The notes: generated from the sequence alone by a model not told the origin. Positions 24,503-39,130 are shown, counted from the whole stretch's first letter. The stretch: DNA of 63,015 nucleotides, filler included, from Dugesia japonica (GCA_001938525.1; 6 parts of 6 records of this genome joined end to end with filler, not necessarily neighbours in it); one strand, 5' to 3'. Numbers and translations: made by a program.

Positions 24503-24729
24503 TGTTGGGTGGAGGTGAAGTCCAACAGTCAGCTCGTATTCAAAAATCACTGTCTGATAAAATCTGACTCCTTAGGTATCGCGAATTCTAATTTAAAATA
24601 GGTTCCTCCAAAATAAACGAAAACGAATTTCGAAATAAACCTTTATTGTCTAACCCAAATTTAACGATAAAATTTTCTTCGACCACACTTGGCGAATTTT
24701 TACAGAATTAACATTCATTTATATACTCA
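24503..24729 (-). mobile_element. LTR 3' end fragment next to (TA)n
   Basis: TGTTGGG terminus directly after a TA microsatellite; minus-strand AATAAA near 24645; runs into a gap. Confidence 0.4.
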
Positions 24730-25101
24730 NNNNNNNNNNNNNNNNNNNNNNNNNNNNNNNNNNNNNNNNNNNNTTAATTAATTAANNNNNNNNNNNNNNN
24801 NNNNNNNNNNNNNNNNNNNNNNNNNNNNNTGTATGTTATTAATATTTAATTCAGAATCCCATTTATAAAAAATGTCTTATTTTAATATTTCCCAATTAAA
24901 GTCTTGTAAAAATATTATCAGACGAATTAATTCAGATTATAATATAACATGAATTTTATTAATATTAATACTTTTCTAGATTGTAAAAATTGAAATGAAA
25001 TAGAAATAAATCAATTGTTTAAATTGTTTCAAAATTTCGTTTTCAACAACAAATAATTTTCTATTTCAAAAAATTATTTAACAACAGCATAGATCAAAAT
25101 T

Positions 25102-25103
<2 letters not shown>

Positions 25104-25164
<61 letters not shown>

Positions 25165-25214
25165 NNNNNNNNNNNNNNNNNNNNNNNNNNNNNNNNNNNN
25201 NNNNNNNNNNNNNN

Positions 25215-25275
<61 letters not shown>
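25104..25275. repeat. (AAT)n microsatellite spanning a gap
   Basis: Direct reading. Confidence 0.95.
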
Positions 25276-25278
<3 letters not shown>

Positions 25279-25344
25279 GATATATATAATTTTTTTAACT
25301 GAAAATGTTTTTCGGATAATTAATGGTTAAAGGTTTTAACAATA

Positions 25345-26524
25345 TACATAGTGCTCGAGTAGAATTGGCACCATTTTCTAAATGTAACAAATTTCAGTGG
25401 CCCGAGGAATGGAAAAGAAAGATCATAGTGTATGCCATATGTGGCGGAATGACCAACAATGATATTTGTGATAAATTGAAGTTGCCTATGAGAACAATTC
25501 AAAGAATCAGGAAGCAATTGGTTTATTCAGACTTTAACGTCGAACTGGTTGGTAACAGAAAAAATCACGATCGAGCAGAACAGCGAGTATTAAACCCAAA
25601 ATTCAGTGAAGATGTAAAGCAACTCGTTGATTATGTCCTATACATTTTATAGCGTGAGGTTTCTCAACATAAAGGCACCGGCGATAGTACTATAAGACTC
25701 TGCATGGAAGAAGATATTGGCTACAAGTCATGTAAGATTCGGAAGAGACAGCTTCTAGCAAATAAATTGAAAATGAGACGTCTGTTGAATAGCAAGAAAC
25801 TTTTGAAAAAGATTAAACGTCCTCTGAAGCCAATTAGGTAGTGCTTTTTTTCGGATACTTGTTATACACAATACGGAAAATAACAGATGGCTAGCTGTGA
25901 GTCCTGAAAGTGTGCCCAGAGTCATGAAAACCAAATTTCTAGCACACCTGATAGTTTTTAGTGTTGTTAGTAGTAAAGGTGATGTTATGGCTCCACATTT
26001 CATTGAGGAAGGTTTTAGGGTGAATCAGGATANGTATCAAAATATTCTTTCCATTGTCGTAAAACCTTGGATAGAAAGAGTTTCCGCTGGGAAACCTTAC
26101 GTGTTTCAACAAGATTCAGCTCCAGCACACACGGCCAGGAAAACTCGAAAGTTGATATCAGAAAACCTTTATGACCATGTTACTTCTGAATTGTGGCCTC
26201 CAAACTCTTTTGATTGTAATCCGCTTGACTATCACGTATATGGCGCAGTTGAAGCAATAACAAATAAGAATGCCTGCAATAACAAAAACGAAGTGCGAAA
26301 TAGAACATTTCAAAATTTGTCTCCTGGTGTTGTTAAAATGGCCTGTTATCGTTTCAGGGGTAATGTAAAGGCTGTAATTGATGCTGATTTTATTGAGTAA
26401 TACAATTTCTGATGTTTAATATTACTGATATTTGTAAAATTTCAAATAAATGTTCAAATTTGTAGTTTTTAGATATATTTTATTTACTGCATTTTACGCG
26501 CCAATTCTATTTGTGCATTCTGTA
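25345..26524 (+). mobile_element. Tc1/mariner-superfamily element of the maT (DD37D) family, transposase pseudogene
   Basis: TA-flanked TIRs (CATAGTGCTCGAGTAGAATTGGCAC and GCGCCAATTCTATTTGTGCATTCTG). FQQDSAPAH...DCNPLDY has exactly 37 residues between the 2nd and 3rd catalytic D. ORF broken at about 25650-25890. Confidence 0.92.
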
Positions 26525-26669
26525 TCTCATTTGTGTTTAATAAAATGAAATTTGTTACACTCAGAGCTTTGAACCCGCTAAATGTTAGGTTTGGTTTCGG
26601 ATTCAGGTTCAATGGAAAAGAAATTATCCGTTCTGGTTCAAAACAAGCAAATATAAAGGTACTTACGTT

Positions 26670-27440
26670 TTAAATATAATTCTTGGATTGTGTTTGAGTT
26701 CAGATTTTTTTTATTACATTTTGCATGATTTGACTACATTTCTCATTATGAAAAGGAAATTTATTAACTGTGTTTGTTTTTGGTTAATAAATACAAACAT
26801 GAAATTGATTACACCCATGTATAAATTTAATAAAAATTCGATTAAATTAAAATTATGTAGGATTTCTTTGCGGACTTGCGCCCGTCCGCGGATCACCACT
26901 TTAAGAACCATTGATGTAACGTTTTACCTCATTATTATTATCAGAGAAATTATTTCATTATTAGAAGTCGAAGTGTCTGACGTAAGCCATTAGACGTATA
27001 CCAGAATAATAAGGCAATATTTTTCTTTAATCTTTATAAATATTTTAGATATAATTTTATTTGGGTAACTATAAATTAAGAATTAATATTTTTATCAACT
27101 TGAGAGAAATAAATTTCATTTCTTCATTTGAAGATGTCTCTCAACTCAAATTCTTTCACTTTTTATTATTCCAATTTTCTGTCTGATGGTAGTATTACTA
27201 CTTCAAGGTAATATATGTCCACTGTGAAACTGTTTCGTATATAATTGTTTTGTTAATATATCAGCAGGTTTCTTTTGGATTATCATGTCTAGAAAAGGAA
27301 TCCGAAAGTCAATTTATTTCTCTAAAGTGAATATAATTTTTTCATTAATACTAATGCTTATTTCTAAAATGTTCTCTAAAGAAGAATTTGTAACAAAGAA
27401 GATATCCTTTATGTATCTATTGTACCAATTGCCTTATTAA
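26670..27440 (-). pseudogene. Penelope-like element RT/thumb fragment
   Basis: WYNRYIKDIF (decayed YVDD), IIFTLEK, IPFLDMII, YTKQFHSGHILP*SS and PRIIFKT. Confidence 0.85.
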
Positions 27441-27949
27441 ATATGGGGAATATAAGTGACGCAATTAATCGAGAAATATATTACATCATTTATTTACGAT
27501 GTTCATACGGGTTGCATTAATCACAACATAAATACGAGTCAAATCAATATTTAATTTTCAGAAATATATTTTACCTATATTGTACATTCAGATTACGATT
27601 ACGATGTATGCCGCATTGATGGGAAAGATCCTCTGTTATGAAGATCACAGTTACTCTACCATGAAGAGCAGTTTTTTAAAGAGATTATTAAAATCCGTTG
27701 ATTATTTGCTTCTTCAAAAGTCAACAATTACAAAAACATTTCCGGCACTCAATTGCTTCAACCAGTCATCATAAAATCCATATGTTAGGTACATCTTCTA
27801 AATATAAATTGGTTTTCAAATCACAACAATAAATTTCACACATACTGTATTTTCCAATTAAAACTATAAATTATTTAATAAAACAATCTGAAATAGAAAC
27901 TAATCATTAAAATAAAAATAATTGATCTTAATTCCTATTGATTGAAATT

Positions 27950-29245
27950 ATTCCATTTATCCCCCTTCTTCTGAAACTTTTTAAGTTTTCCACTGTTCTT
28001 TCCATTTTCCCTTGCACTACATACCATTTTTCGTGAATATTTTTAATTATTCGTTAAGGATCTTCAAATCTATCTTAGCTTTCATTTTTTGTTTTTGCCT
28101 TGATGAGGAAATAATTTTCAACTATTAATTCTCTATTAGTAATCACTTCTGAAATGCGCAATTTATTGTTTTTCTTTCCTGAACTCTGGCAATAATTAAA
28201 TCTCAAATTGTCCTAAACCGTCTCTCAATTTGTCCATTTGCATTGTGACATGGACTTGAAAGCAAAGTTTAATATCTAGTTTTGTGCAATTTATCTCAAA
28301 TCTCTTGAATCAAAAGCTTTTTCGCTATCTATTCTTATTTTGCGTGGACATTCAATATATACTTCTAAAAAATAGTTTTCACATTGTTTCCTCGTCTTGT
28401 TTAGGCAGTGTTATAAGAATCACATATTTACTGAACTGGTCTATTAGTTCAAGTATGCATTATTTCGTCTACTTGTTTCACGCCTTGACCCATATTGTCG
28501 TCATCATGAAAGTTAGAGCTTTGTGATTTGTTCTTAGAGTAAATCTATACTATACAAGTGATGTTTGAAATGCATTTAAAAATAATAAACAGCTAACAAC
28601 TTTTTTCGTGTTATGCAGTATCTTTTTTCATGATCCATCATTGAGTGTAACTCATAGGCAATAACTCCTTCTCTTTATTCTTGATCTCTCTGTGACAATA
28701 CTGCTCCAATTGTATCGAAACTGGCATCTTTATTTAATGTATTTATCGATTATTTCATCTGTCCATTTTAACTTCTTCTTACTTGGTCGGCTACACAACT
28801 GTTTTAAGATTCTTGATTTTCTTGCGTAGTATTCTATATACTTTCTGTAGTACAAAGTAAGGTTTGCCAAATTTTCCGATTGCTTCTATTTTAGAGGAAT
28901 CACTTCTAATACAATTCTTTTGCATTATGTGCCCATGAAATTTTATTTTGCCTTGATGAAAATGACAATATTATAGATTAATTCGTAAGCTAGCCTCCAT
29001 CATTTCCGTCAATACTATATCAATTATTTCACGGTGTTGATCTTTATATCAGACTTTTATCAATTCCGCCTATCAATTTTTCCATAATCTTCTGAAATTT
29101 TCCTGATGCCGCTGTAATCTAAAATGACATTCTATTTAAACAAATTGGTCCATGCTTCGTAGAAAACACAATTTTTTATTGAGATTCTTCTTCGAGCTCT
29201 ACCAGATAATACGCATTTTCCAAAGCAATTCCGACTGTGTACGTA
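27950..29245 (-). pseudogene. Gypsy pol relic (RT, RNase H, integrase), heavily deleted
   Basis: NAYYLVELEEESQ, LRINL, DASFDTIGAVL and SPCHNANGQIER; related to 21680-23850. Confidence 0.85.
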
Positions 29246-30547
29246 ACCAATTCTACTAATGAAGCTATGAGAATTTTTGAGAAAGGTAAAATTAAAAAAA
29301 ATTGAAATGGTTGTTTGACAAACAAGCTATAAAGGTTTATATCTTAGTTCAGAAGAAATAAAAAAATGTTAAATCCAGATAAGTTTGATATTATGCTAGT
29401 ATCTTACTTGATTAATAAAATGGACTACTTCTATCATCACTAGCTAATTCAAATGAATAAACCTTATCAAGAAACAATAATAAACGATTTCAAGATCAAT
29501 AGCGAAATATTGAGAACAAAAATGGCTATGACCACACATAATTTAATGGCACCACTGTTATTCTAAGAGAAAGGAAATATTTATTGGAATTATTGATTAA
29601 GCTTTATTGACTTACAGCTGCAAAATAGTCAGTTTTACATTAAGCAATAGTAAAAAAATGTACGAATGAACTACCAATGATATCCAAAGGAGAGCAAATT
29701 TACCTAATACCTATAAAAAAAGAATTTTGACAGTCAAACATTAAAAACCCAAAGAAACCGGAAATTGTTGTAACTCAGTTTAAAATTAATCACAATAGAT
29801 GTATTACTACGTTAAACAGACATCTGCTCATAAACTGTTAGTGTTAGAAATGCGATTATTGGATAGAAAAATGGAGTTTCGGCATTTCAATGATATAGAA
29901 AACAATGTAATTTACTCAAAAAAATAATAAAATGCGAGGAAATATGCCTAATACTCTATAAATACTTTCAATAATGATAAATGAAATTGCAAAGGACAGC
30001 AAAGTAGAGGATTTAAATTTTGAATTACTTTTACAAGCAGATCATTTCAAATGAGCTTTGCAAGAATTTGTTGATATATTTCTTGGAGAGATGCAATGGT
30101 TTGGAAATATATTGTTGTGCATCATTGCTTTTTACCACTTTATTATCAAGAGTATACCGAGTTTTTTTTTAAAAGACATTTTGAAATAATTTTTGTTAGC
30201 AATGATTGTTAAAATTCATTTTTTACATATTTTCATAAAAAAAATCAGTTTTTATTTTTAAAGTCGACTTAATTATGAAAAATAAAATTATTGCATAATA
30301 TAAGCAATCTCAATTTACTATGATATTGTAGACTGACATTATTCCGGATTCTGTCGTCAAAAGCTATGAGCATCAGTCAGTTATTTATTAGTAAAAGAAT
30401 TTTTCTTATTTTATCTTATTTCACAGTTATAATAAAATTAATTATTAAACAAAATATCATTATTGAAAAAACAAATGTTCATGAAAAATAACGTTTTTAT
30501 TTTACTAAGTAATTATATATAATTGGATTCATTAAATTCAAAGTTAT

Positions 30548-30551
<4 letters not shown>

Positions 30552-30616
<65 letters not shown>
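30552..30616. repeat. (ATT)n microsatellite
   Basis: Direct reading; produces the spurious poly-Y and poly-L ORFs. Confidence 0.95.
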
Positions 30617-30869
30617 NNNNNNNNNNNNNNNNNNNNNNNNNNNNNNNNNNNNNNNNNNNNNNNNNNNNNNNNNNNNNNNNNNNNNNNNNNNNNNNNNNNN
30701 NNNNNNNNNNNNNNNNNNNNNNNNNNNNNNNNNNNNNNNNNNNNNNNNNNNNNNNNNNNNNNNNNNNNNTATTATTTTGAAAGATTATTAAAAAATATCG
30801 TTTATGTATTTTTTTGTTTAAAAGAAAATCTATATTTTTAAATATAAATTTTATATTCTTTGATATGGT

Positions 30870-33560
30870 TCACAAGAGAAAAGATTCACAAGAGAAAACA
30901 GATATTTACGAAAAATAAATAGTATTTTTTCACAAGAATACCTTTTGTTATAGCTGCAGCACCCGAAACGTTTCAAGAATTAATGACAAACGTTTTAAGA
31001 ATATTGAAATGAACAATATTATATATGAATAGTATATTGATATTTTCAGAAGATTTAAAGCCGCACTATAGAATATTGGAACAATTTTAAAAGAATTCAA
31101 GAATCAAGATTGAGAATTAATCCGAAAAAATGTCATTTATTGCGAGCAGAGTTCGAATTTTTAGAACATGTTATAAACAAGAATAGAGATTGAACTAATT
31201 CAACAAAAATTGAAGCGATAAAATATTTCGGAAGACCTAAATGTGTAAAGAACTTGAGAAGCTTTTTGAGAATATGCAATTACTATAGGCGGTTTATCAA
31301 TAATTACTCAAAGAAAGCTAGAAGCTTGGAAGAGCTATGTGGAAGTAATAATATAAAACTTGTGTGGTCTGAAAATTGTGATAAAGTTTTTAATGAGATA
31401 AAAGAGGCATTAACAAAAGCACTGGTATTTATCTTTCCGGTTATCAAAAAGAAGTTTGTACTAAATGCAAATGTGAGTTTTGATGCCATAAGAGACGTTT
31501 TATCGCAAACGATGAAAGAGGACTATAAAAAGTCATTGCATTTGGATCACATGCAATGCCAGCTCAAGAGAAAGGATATTGTATAACAAGAAAATAATTA
31601 TTGGCTATTTACTATTTTTGTAACCATTTTAAACATTATCTGTCTGGAAAAAGATTTTTGGTGAGAACAGATCACAAGGCAATAGCATTTATGAAAAAGA
31701 CAAACAAGCCAATTACTCCGCAATTTCAGACTTTGATAAATTTTCTTAGTACCCTAGATATGGTATTGGAATTTATTCAGGTCGCAAAACATGCGATGGC
31801 AGATAAACCGTCGAAAATGAAATGTATTACGTGTTAACTATGCTTAACATATCATGAGAATCCAAAGGAAGGAAAAATAAAGAAAAGAGCAATTAATGAT
31901 ATATCAGGTTCAGATACATATAAATGGCAAAGTAACGTAAAAGAAATTTATTGAAATCATTTGGGTATTTAAATTTGTATCATAAAAAATGGTTTAAAAA
32001 TTTTAAATTTGTATCATAAAGTAGTTTAAAAAATATTTAGATTCGAATCATAAAAAAAAGGTTTGTTTTGTGAAAAAAATTTCTATAAAATTGAGTTTTG
32101 ATATTGATGCTTCTATGAGTAATTCAAACTCCTCTAACATGGTGGCATTGGTAAACACCGATGCGATCACAGAGAGATTGTTGCCAAAAAGTAGTATACA
32201 GAGGCGATCATCTAGTGAAGTGTGAAATATACTTCGAGGCGAAGAACATCGTTATTAAGAAAGATCAGGAGCATTTGATAACATGTATGTTTGATGAAGA
32301 TTTAATGGAAGCATATGTGGAAGCAAACAAGNATGTTAAATGCAGTAGATATCCAAAAGAAGCAAGACAATTTTGGAGAAAATGATGAAGCAACGTAAAT
32401 ATCTTATGATAAAATAGAAGATGTTCTAATGAAGATACACCATCTATTATTCCATGCTGGAGCAGAAAAAGAAGTGGCGTTTATGAAACATAAATATAAC
32501 GCAAAACATTTGTGGACCAATGTACAAGAGGTTGTCTGAAACTGTATAACATGCTAGAAAGCTAAGGTGTTGTCAACAAAAACGAAGGAAGAACCAAAAA
32601 TGACCCAGCTAGCCGACATTTTTGAGTTGTTATTTATAAATATGTGTGGATCACTGCAGGATACAAGATATTGAAGAAAATATGTTCTCGGTATAATAGA
32701 TCAATGCAGTAAGTATATAGCCTTGATAGCAATGGCAAGACAAGATGAAGATACCATACGGAAAGCAATAATGGAGAAGTGGAAATTAAAGTTTAGGTGT
32801 TCGAGAGAAATTAGAGTTGATTGTGGAAGATCATTTGAGTATAAATCAGTGAATGATTTAGCAGCCGAACATGGAATTATCGTCAGACTTTCGAGTAACA
32901 CAAATAACACAAATGGATATGATATGGTTTATTAGTTAAATTCAAAATCTCAAGTCTTCACAAATTGTTTATTGATTATTAAAAGTCTTTTATTAAAATG
33001 AAAAAATGATAAAGAAATAAAATCTTAATAAAATATTTTTCAAAAATATTGATTTTTTAATTCCAAAATACTTTTATTTTACCTGTATCTTTAATTATTT
33101 TTAAACCTNATTTTTAAAATAATATTTATAATTTTTTAATTTAACATAATATAACATATCGACTTTAATTTTAAAATAACTTTATTTTACATTTATATAT
33201 TTAATTATTTTTAAACCTAAATTGACAAAATAATTTTTATAATTTCATAATTTTGCATAATGTAATATATAGAATTTAATCAATTAATTTGTATTTTAAA
33301 AAACCTGTTTTATATTTTAAAAGTTTCAAAAAAACCAATTTCAATGTTATATAAAATTAGAAAATCTCAGATAATTGAAATGTATGACTTGACTTCACAT
33401 GGTTAATGAGACACTTAAAGAAAGGAAAACTTCAGATTGGGCTGATATATTGATGGAGATAGAATTTAACTTGAATGCTACAAAACAGAAGACCGCCGGT
33501 AAAGCCCTACCGAAATCGTTTGTGGAAAGAGAATAAACAGAGAAAATGATACGAAACAAA
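30870..33560 (+). pseudogene. Gypsy pol relic (RT, RNase H, integrase) interrupted by other sequence at about 31950-32400 and 32920-33390
   Basis: AAPETFQELM, LRSFLRICNYYRRFI, FLVRTDHKAI, HHLLFHAG, IRVDCGRSF and DWADILMEIEFNLNAT. Confidence 0.9.
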
Positions 33561-33602
33561 TTCTCAGAGAGAGCACTGTTAGGTTAAGATAAAACACCAA
33601 TC

Positions 33603-34387
33603 TGTTACAAATATTTATTAAATATCATCGAAATATATATACCTTATAATAATAATAATAATAATTTCCATTTCTTATTATTACATAAGATGGAATATTA
33701 ATTATCTTCCGAAGATTTTATGATACGAATTATGTGACACAAATATAAATACATATATAAATATAAATAATATATTATTTAATTTAATTAGTTAATTAAT
33801 TATATCCCTAATATCCTCCTTTTTTAAAACTTTTGAGCTATTCAACATTTCTTATAAATTTTCTTCCCTTTATATCTTTTATTTGATAACTTCGTTCATG
33901 TAATCTTTTCGTCACTTTATACGGACAATCATATCTTTCTTCATTTTTATGTCGATTATCTTTTTTTACTAATACTGTGTCACCAACTGCNNNNNNNNNN
34001 NNNNNNNNNNNNNNNNNNNNNNNNNNNNNNNNNNNNNNNNNNNNNNNNNNNNGAATAGCATTTTTATCTTGCATTTTATCCATTTTATGCCATTCTGTTC
34101 TGTTTATTTTAAAACCAAAAACCACTTCAGCTGGACTTTTTTTACTTGTTTTTTGAGTTGAAACATTCATGGAAAATTCAATTTCTTGAATCCAATCTGC
34201 CCAATTTTTGTTCTTATTATTCGTAATGGAAGTATTATACGATCTCTAATTGTTCTAAATTGTCGTTGTGTTAATCCATTAGCGCTGTGGTGATATGGAC
34301 TAGAATAAACTACTTGTATCTTATATTTATCAGCCAATTTTTCATCATGTTTGATTCAAAACTTTTCCCGCAATCTAAATGTATTTT
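33603..34387 (-). mobile_element. Gypsy 3' end: integrase C-terminus, PPT and about 210-bp LTR
   Basis: SPYHHSANG and ORF 33838-34170 ending RNVE. PPT AAAAAAGGAGGA immediately before the LTR (about 33812 to 33603), which reads T(A)TTA...TAACA. Confidence 0.85.
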
Positions 34388-34487
34388 NNNNNNNNNNNNN
34401 NNNNNNNNNNNNNNNNNNNNNNNNNNNNNNNTTAATTAATTAANNNNNNNNNNNNNNNNNNNNNNNNNNNNNNNNNNNNNNNNNNNN

Positions 34488-37400
34488 GCAGTGTTGGCCT
34501 TTCATCGACGATTAGCGAGAAAATAAACATCCCACGACATATCTAAGCCCTCACTATTTTTTCTAACCTTTTTGGTGGGAGCGGATGATCTATTGAGCGA
34601 TGAGTGCACTGTAAAAGAAAAAATCCTCAATAATTACGAAAATTCAGTAACCAAACATTGAATTAGTACTTAAAAAGATTTATTACTAATTATTATGATT
34701 ATCAAGAGCAGGGCAAATTAATAAATAGACACAATAGTAAAACAAAGTTATACCGAGAATTTTATTATCAGCTACTTAAAATACACTTAATTAATTTTCA
34801 GAGCCTCTGAGTCTGTCCAACATATTATCAATAAACACGCCCAGCACAGAAAAGGGGGCAAGTGTGGAGTAGATATCAGGACTACAGATGGGCCCTCACG
34901 CCACTCCCTTGTAGTAGACAATTTGCCATTATTATCTAGGGAGGTAATGGTAACAGCATGATACACCTCACGAGCTCGATTGGGACCGGACCAGTCATAA
35001 TAGGCCTGGCGCTTAGTGGCGTGCCAATGCCTTTCTTCATATGCCTCCTCGGTGGTTAGATTGGATCAATTCACAAGAACTCCAGCGTCTCTATTGTATG
35101 TATCGCTTGAAAACAGTTCGGCCTGTTTTTCGGTCCAAAAATATCTCCTATTTATTTTCCACTGAAAATTCAAATTAGTATAGATTATTAAGGTTGAAAA
35201 CAATAAAACATGTTAAAAAGAGGTTGAGAGTAATTTCATTTAATATTGAAAGACACTAGGATTAGAATAATGTATCTAAATCAACATCAACGACATGTTT
35301 CAAAGGGAACATCTCGAAAAAAGCACTGCAAATTGGATTTATCAGGATTTTCAATTTTTCTTACTGATAGAATATGGGCTAATAATTGTTTCCGACGGGC
35401 CTTGCATCTCTCTTTTCGAATCGTCCTTAAAGTGTTCAGCAGGGTCATGAACATTGTAGTGGGAAGCTAGTACCCTGAGCAACAATTTTTAAATATGATA
35501 GATTAATGACTGTTTATGCAGAATATTAAAGTTTCCACCGATCATAACAAAACTAACGTCGACCCTAATAGTAGTTAAAATATTAATAAAAGTAATCGCC
35601 ATAACCTTAACACTTATATCAATAATAACGGTCAGATTTTTAAAATTAATTATGAAAAATTAGTGAAATTACGTATAACTACAATGCTACTACTAATAAG
35701 CATTCTACTAATAATGATATTACTAATAATTAAAATAGTGACGAAGTTACTAGAGATAGCAATAAGGATTCTAATAATACTAATAAAACTTAATGGCATT
35801 ATCAGCAATAATATTAATACTAATAATAACAATACTTATAAAGATCATAATTAGATTAATTCGGGTAATAATAACGAATTGATAGTGAGAATTTGATAAT
35901 TTTATTTACCAATTTAAATAATTGCACTGGATAAAGTCTGAATAACAACGATAACCTTGCTAGATTGGTTAAAGATAACTGATCGCATCACCATCACTGA
36001 TGTAATCAAACGATGTGTTCGAGCTTTTCTTCCTGCTCAGCCACGGAAATAGACTTACTCATAACTTATACACACATGTTGTTTCCTGAACTGAGTTGCA
36101 CATCCATAATCATTATGTAGGTAATCAGTCCTAATTCGCTTGTCAATTTTCTGGCACGATAAAAATAGATAGCCGGTAGTTTGACTGGTTAATGAATTAT
36201 TCTGTAACACATCTACACTGAAAAGGAAAGGTGACACAACATTTTTGTGTGTATGCAAGGATTTTGTCTATGAGGGCGTAGTCATAGATTTATGTAATTT
36301 ACAATCGCTTTATTCATTCATCAATATCGATCCTAATGATTTTCTGTAACATTGGAATTTATATTTACAAGTATCGACCAATAATCTCNNNNNNNNNNNN
36401 NNNNNNNNNNNNNNNNNNNNNNNNNNNNNNNNNNNNNNNNNNNNNNNNNNNNNNNNNNNNNNNNNNNNNNNNNAACGGTGTAAGTTGTTGCTTTAATAAA
36501 AAATATACAGTTTAATCACTTCTGTTTCATATTTAATAGCATGACAAATAAAATGAACTAATAATAATTAAGTTTATTCTATTATATATTTACCATTAAA
36601 AAAACCTTCATATTAACATATTCCAAATAAAAATTTACTTTTAGAATAAATTTCGGATTTCTGCAATGGTTAATTTAGGGAAACACTTTTGATTAGATTA
36701 GTTGAGAATTTCTCCTATCCAATTTCCTTTTTTTGCTGATCAAAATACTTCTTCTCTATAAGTCTGAAATAGAGGCAATTAGTTAATTTATTAAAAATTG
36801 TGAGCTTACGAATAGTAATGTGACAAACGATTATTAAATTTTCTTGTAAAACTTTCTCCAAAATGAGTTATAGCAGTAGTTAAGTTTTCTTATCTTAACA
36901 AATCGAGAAAATGATTAGGATTTTCTTCTAAATTTCCGGGGGTTTATATACCTTTTCACGTACAACCCGATTCTTTTCGCATTGGCCGTCTATTTTTGTT
37001 TTATGTTAACCACTTCTGATTGGTGCTGGAGCCAACTTTTTGATTTTTTCTAAATTTTTTGATCTCTATTGGTGGCTATTTTTAGGACACCTCGTGCTTT
37101 TTGGAGCTTTGTTTCCCGTTTCTTTTCTGGTACCTCATTAGCCTATTCAAACCGTTTTAGCGGGTGTTCTGTAGGTATTAACATTTTCTTGATACCGAGT
37201 TTAGTTGCCCCACAACTTTTCCTATTCGATTTTTCTTGTTGGGGATTTCTACGATCTTCCAGAGCGAAGATATTTTACAAAAACAAATTTTCTCCCAATT
37301 TAACTTCTTTTTTGGTTAAAATTAATAAATTTTTTCTTTTATAATTACAATTATTGTGAGAATAATTGTTGGACTTAACCATTGATCGGTTTTGAGATTT

Positions 37401-37775
37401 CATTAAAATAAAGAAAAAGCATCGATCAAAATAAAATGTATTTGAACTTTTTGACAAATACATTTTATTTTGATCGAAGCTTTTTCTTTATTTTAATGAA
37501 ATCTAATTTTTCTTGGTAATTAAATATTATTTTCAATGATAATTTTCCTGTTTTTTAATAATAATTTATTTTTCTTTTAATTATTAGATTTGGAAGAGTT
37601 AATCTGATATTCTCTTTCTTCCTTTTACCTTTTCTTCCTATTTTCTATTAATTTAATCATTATAATTTTAACCAAATGATAATTATTCCTAATCAATTTT
37701 TCAGCTCCCCTTCTTCACTTTATTATTTCTAATTTGGGCCCCTAGCCCTAATTTCCTTCTAAAACCGGGTGTTTA
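34488..37775 (-). mobile_element. Long non-coding LTR-like relic bounded by gaps
   Basis: Three minus-strand CCAAT boxes (36981-37072) followed by TATATAAA (about 36942-36950), the same layout as 15741-15855. No coding signal. Confidence 0.35.
37338..37503 (-). mobile_element. Hairpin short interspersed element, copy 2
   Basis: Same fixed end; near-perfect palindrome at about 37395-37503; TSD about AATTTTT(T)CTT. Confidence 0.75.
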
Positions 37776-38694
37776 NNNNNNNNNNNNNNNNNNNNNNNNN
37801 NNNNNNNNNNNNNNNNNNNNNNNNNNNNNNNNNNNNNNNNNNNNNNNNNNNNNNNNNNNNNNNNNNNNNNNNNNNNNNNNNNNNNNNNNNNNNNNNNNNN
37901 NNNNNNNNNNNNNNNNNNNNNNNNNNNNNNNNNNNNATATATCTGTTAACTTAAAACTTTGAAATTTTAAAAGAAAAGTTAAGAAAATCGTGATTGAATA
38001 CAAAAATAGCTTGTAGTTCATGATATTTTTCGATTTAATTTTCTCTTTTACTGTCTCAACATAGAATGAAAGATTTGTTCTTTATTGAAATTACAATTTA
38101 TCATTTTAATTTGAAATAATATTCAAACTAAATAATTTAACAAAAATTGAGCCAATAAATNATTTCTTTTGAAATTACAATCAAAATTCGTCATCGAAAA
38201 ATAACTTCTTAAACTACAATTATTTTTCTTAGATTTAATTTAAGCATAATTATGTTCTAATAATTTATGATAAATAAAAAACAGTTTTCTATTACAAAAA
38301 TAAAACTGAAAATACTCAATATTCTTTGCTATTTTAATTTTCATTTGAAATAATATAATCTTAACTAAAACAAATTCCATAAGAGTATTGTTAAAAGTAC
38401 AAATTATGCATAATCATTTAATATTTTTTGTTTTAATGAGTTTTTGTATCTAGAAAATGAATATTATTTTTCTCTTATTTATGAATGATTTTTTAAAAAA
38501 AATAAAATATGTTTTGTAAATATTTTAGCATTCAAATAATTCATTAAATAACATTTTAGCAAAGTGCAATATTTATACTTCATAATATGTGCCAAACCAT
38601 TTCTTATCTAATCTCTCAAATAGAAATGTTTTTATCTTGTAACAACAAAACCAAATTTATTTGAAATATATTTTATTTAATTTTTAATTAAAAA

Positions 38695-38850
38695 AAGGCT
38701 TCTTTACTGCATCATTACTGGTGATGAAAAAGGTTGCCTTTATGTTTAATTGAAGCAACGGAAACAATAGTGAAATCAAGGTGAACAAGCAATGCCCAGA
38801 GTAAAACATGATTTGCATCTGCTGGAGTTGGCAAGGCGTCATCCATTACG
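38695..38850 (+). pseudogene. Mariner transposase fragment
   Basis: CIITGDEK, PRVKHDLH and WSWQGVIHY. Confidence 0.8.
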
Positions 38851-38851
38851 A

Positions 38852-39130
38852 CAAGGGTGTACAATTTTTTTTTCATCATCAGTTTAAATTAATGTCGTGG
38901 CCCATGCATGTAAAGTTTTCGGGCAGAAGGTTATGCATCACTGATAATATAGCTACTATACTATTCTATATAATTCAGAAATTTAATATAGTACGGTTAA
39001 GGTGTCATTGTGCAGCTAGTTTGTTGTATAGAATTAAATTTTTATATAAATATATATTTTGGATTTTTCATGGACTTAGGTCCCGGGCCGCACGTAACAT
39101 AGTTGAGGCCTTATTTTGTGCACCCCTGCA
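38852..39130. mobile_element. hAT (Charlie-like) MITE ends
   Basis: Minus-strand CAGGGGTGCACAAAATAAGGCC at about 39128 and CAGTGATGCATAACC at 38943. Confidence 0.4.
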
